A program made the translations under genes and the position numbers. 64,000 nt of DNA from the human T2T-CHM13v2.0 reference genome, Homo sapiens. Below, one piece after another: positions 63,560-64,000 of the stretch. Location: NCBI RefSeq assembly GCF_009914755.1, contig NC_060935.1; one strand, 5' to 3'. Each line of letters starts with the position of its first letter. The stretch's first letter is position 1. The notes below the pieces were generated by a model, which searched no databases, was not told where the DNA came from, and worked only from the letters and a program-made list of their open reading frames with translations.

Positions 63560-64000
63560 GTGAGATTTCTTCGTTACTGATATTTTTAATAGGAGGGTTT
63601 GTAAACTTTAGAAAGTTTATATGCACATATGCAGATGTGTTGCTTTTTGTTACGGCTGCATGACATGTGGGGTGATATAGCAAAAATTAGATTTCCACTC
63701 TTACAGTTTTTTCATTTATGTATATGAAAGTTTTAACACATATTTTTATTTTCTGTTGAAATAATACCCCACCAAGACTTTTTCAGATGTGATTCCTTTT
63801 AGGAATATGATCTCCTACTTCCTTGTAATAACATTTTCATAATGGTCATTTAGCTTACATTTCCCCACTAAATAAATGGAGAGTAACTAGTCAGTGACCA
63901 GGGAGAGTCCTTCTGCTTATTGGCTGAGGAGATGCCCCTCCTCCTCCTCAAATGTGAAGTTGTCAGATGACATGGCATGTTTTCCGTTGCTCATGAATGT

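Overview
Primate, most likely human, genomic DNA. The window holds the promoter CpG island and coding exons 1-11 of ZDHHC13 (HIP14L, ankyrin-repeat palmitoyl acyltransferase) on the + strand. I assembled the exons by hand: all phases chain into one uninterrupted 411-codon reading frame (MEGPGLGSQ...ASEEEKKV), and the catalytic cysteine-rich domain lies beyond the window end. The first ~17 kb is repeat-rich intergenic sequence (MaLR LTRs, Alus, MIR/L2, L1 fragments). Intron 1 (25.7 kb) carries a full-length but disabled sense-oriented L1PA2/3 nested in an Alu. Most notable: (1) intron 10 is a U12-type AT-AC minor-spliceosome intron; (2) inside it is a ~230-bp, ~95% identical, non-Alu inverted duplication that would fold the pre-mRNA into a long dsRNA stem, the best candidate for something undescribed; (3) a tailless 5'-half tRNA-Ile(AAT) retrocopy with TSDs; (4) a candidate poison exon in intron 1; (5) a G-quadruplex motif enclosing the start codon; (6) Arg rather than the Lys I recall at codon 99, set by the last base of exon 3. 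Most ORFs in the supplied track are repeat-derived or chance. I found no evidence of a novel protein-coding system.
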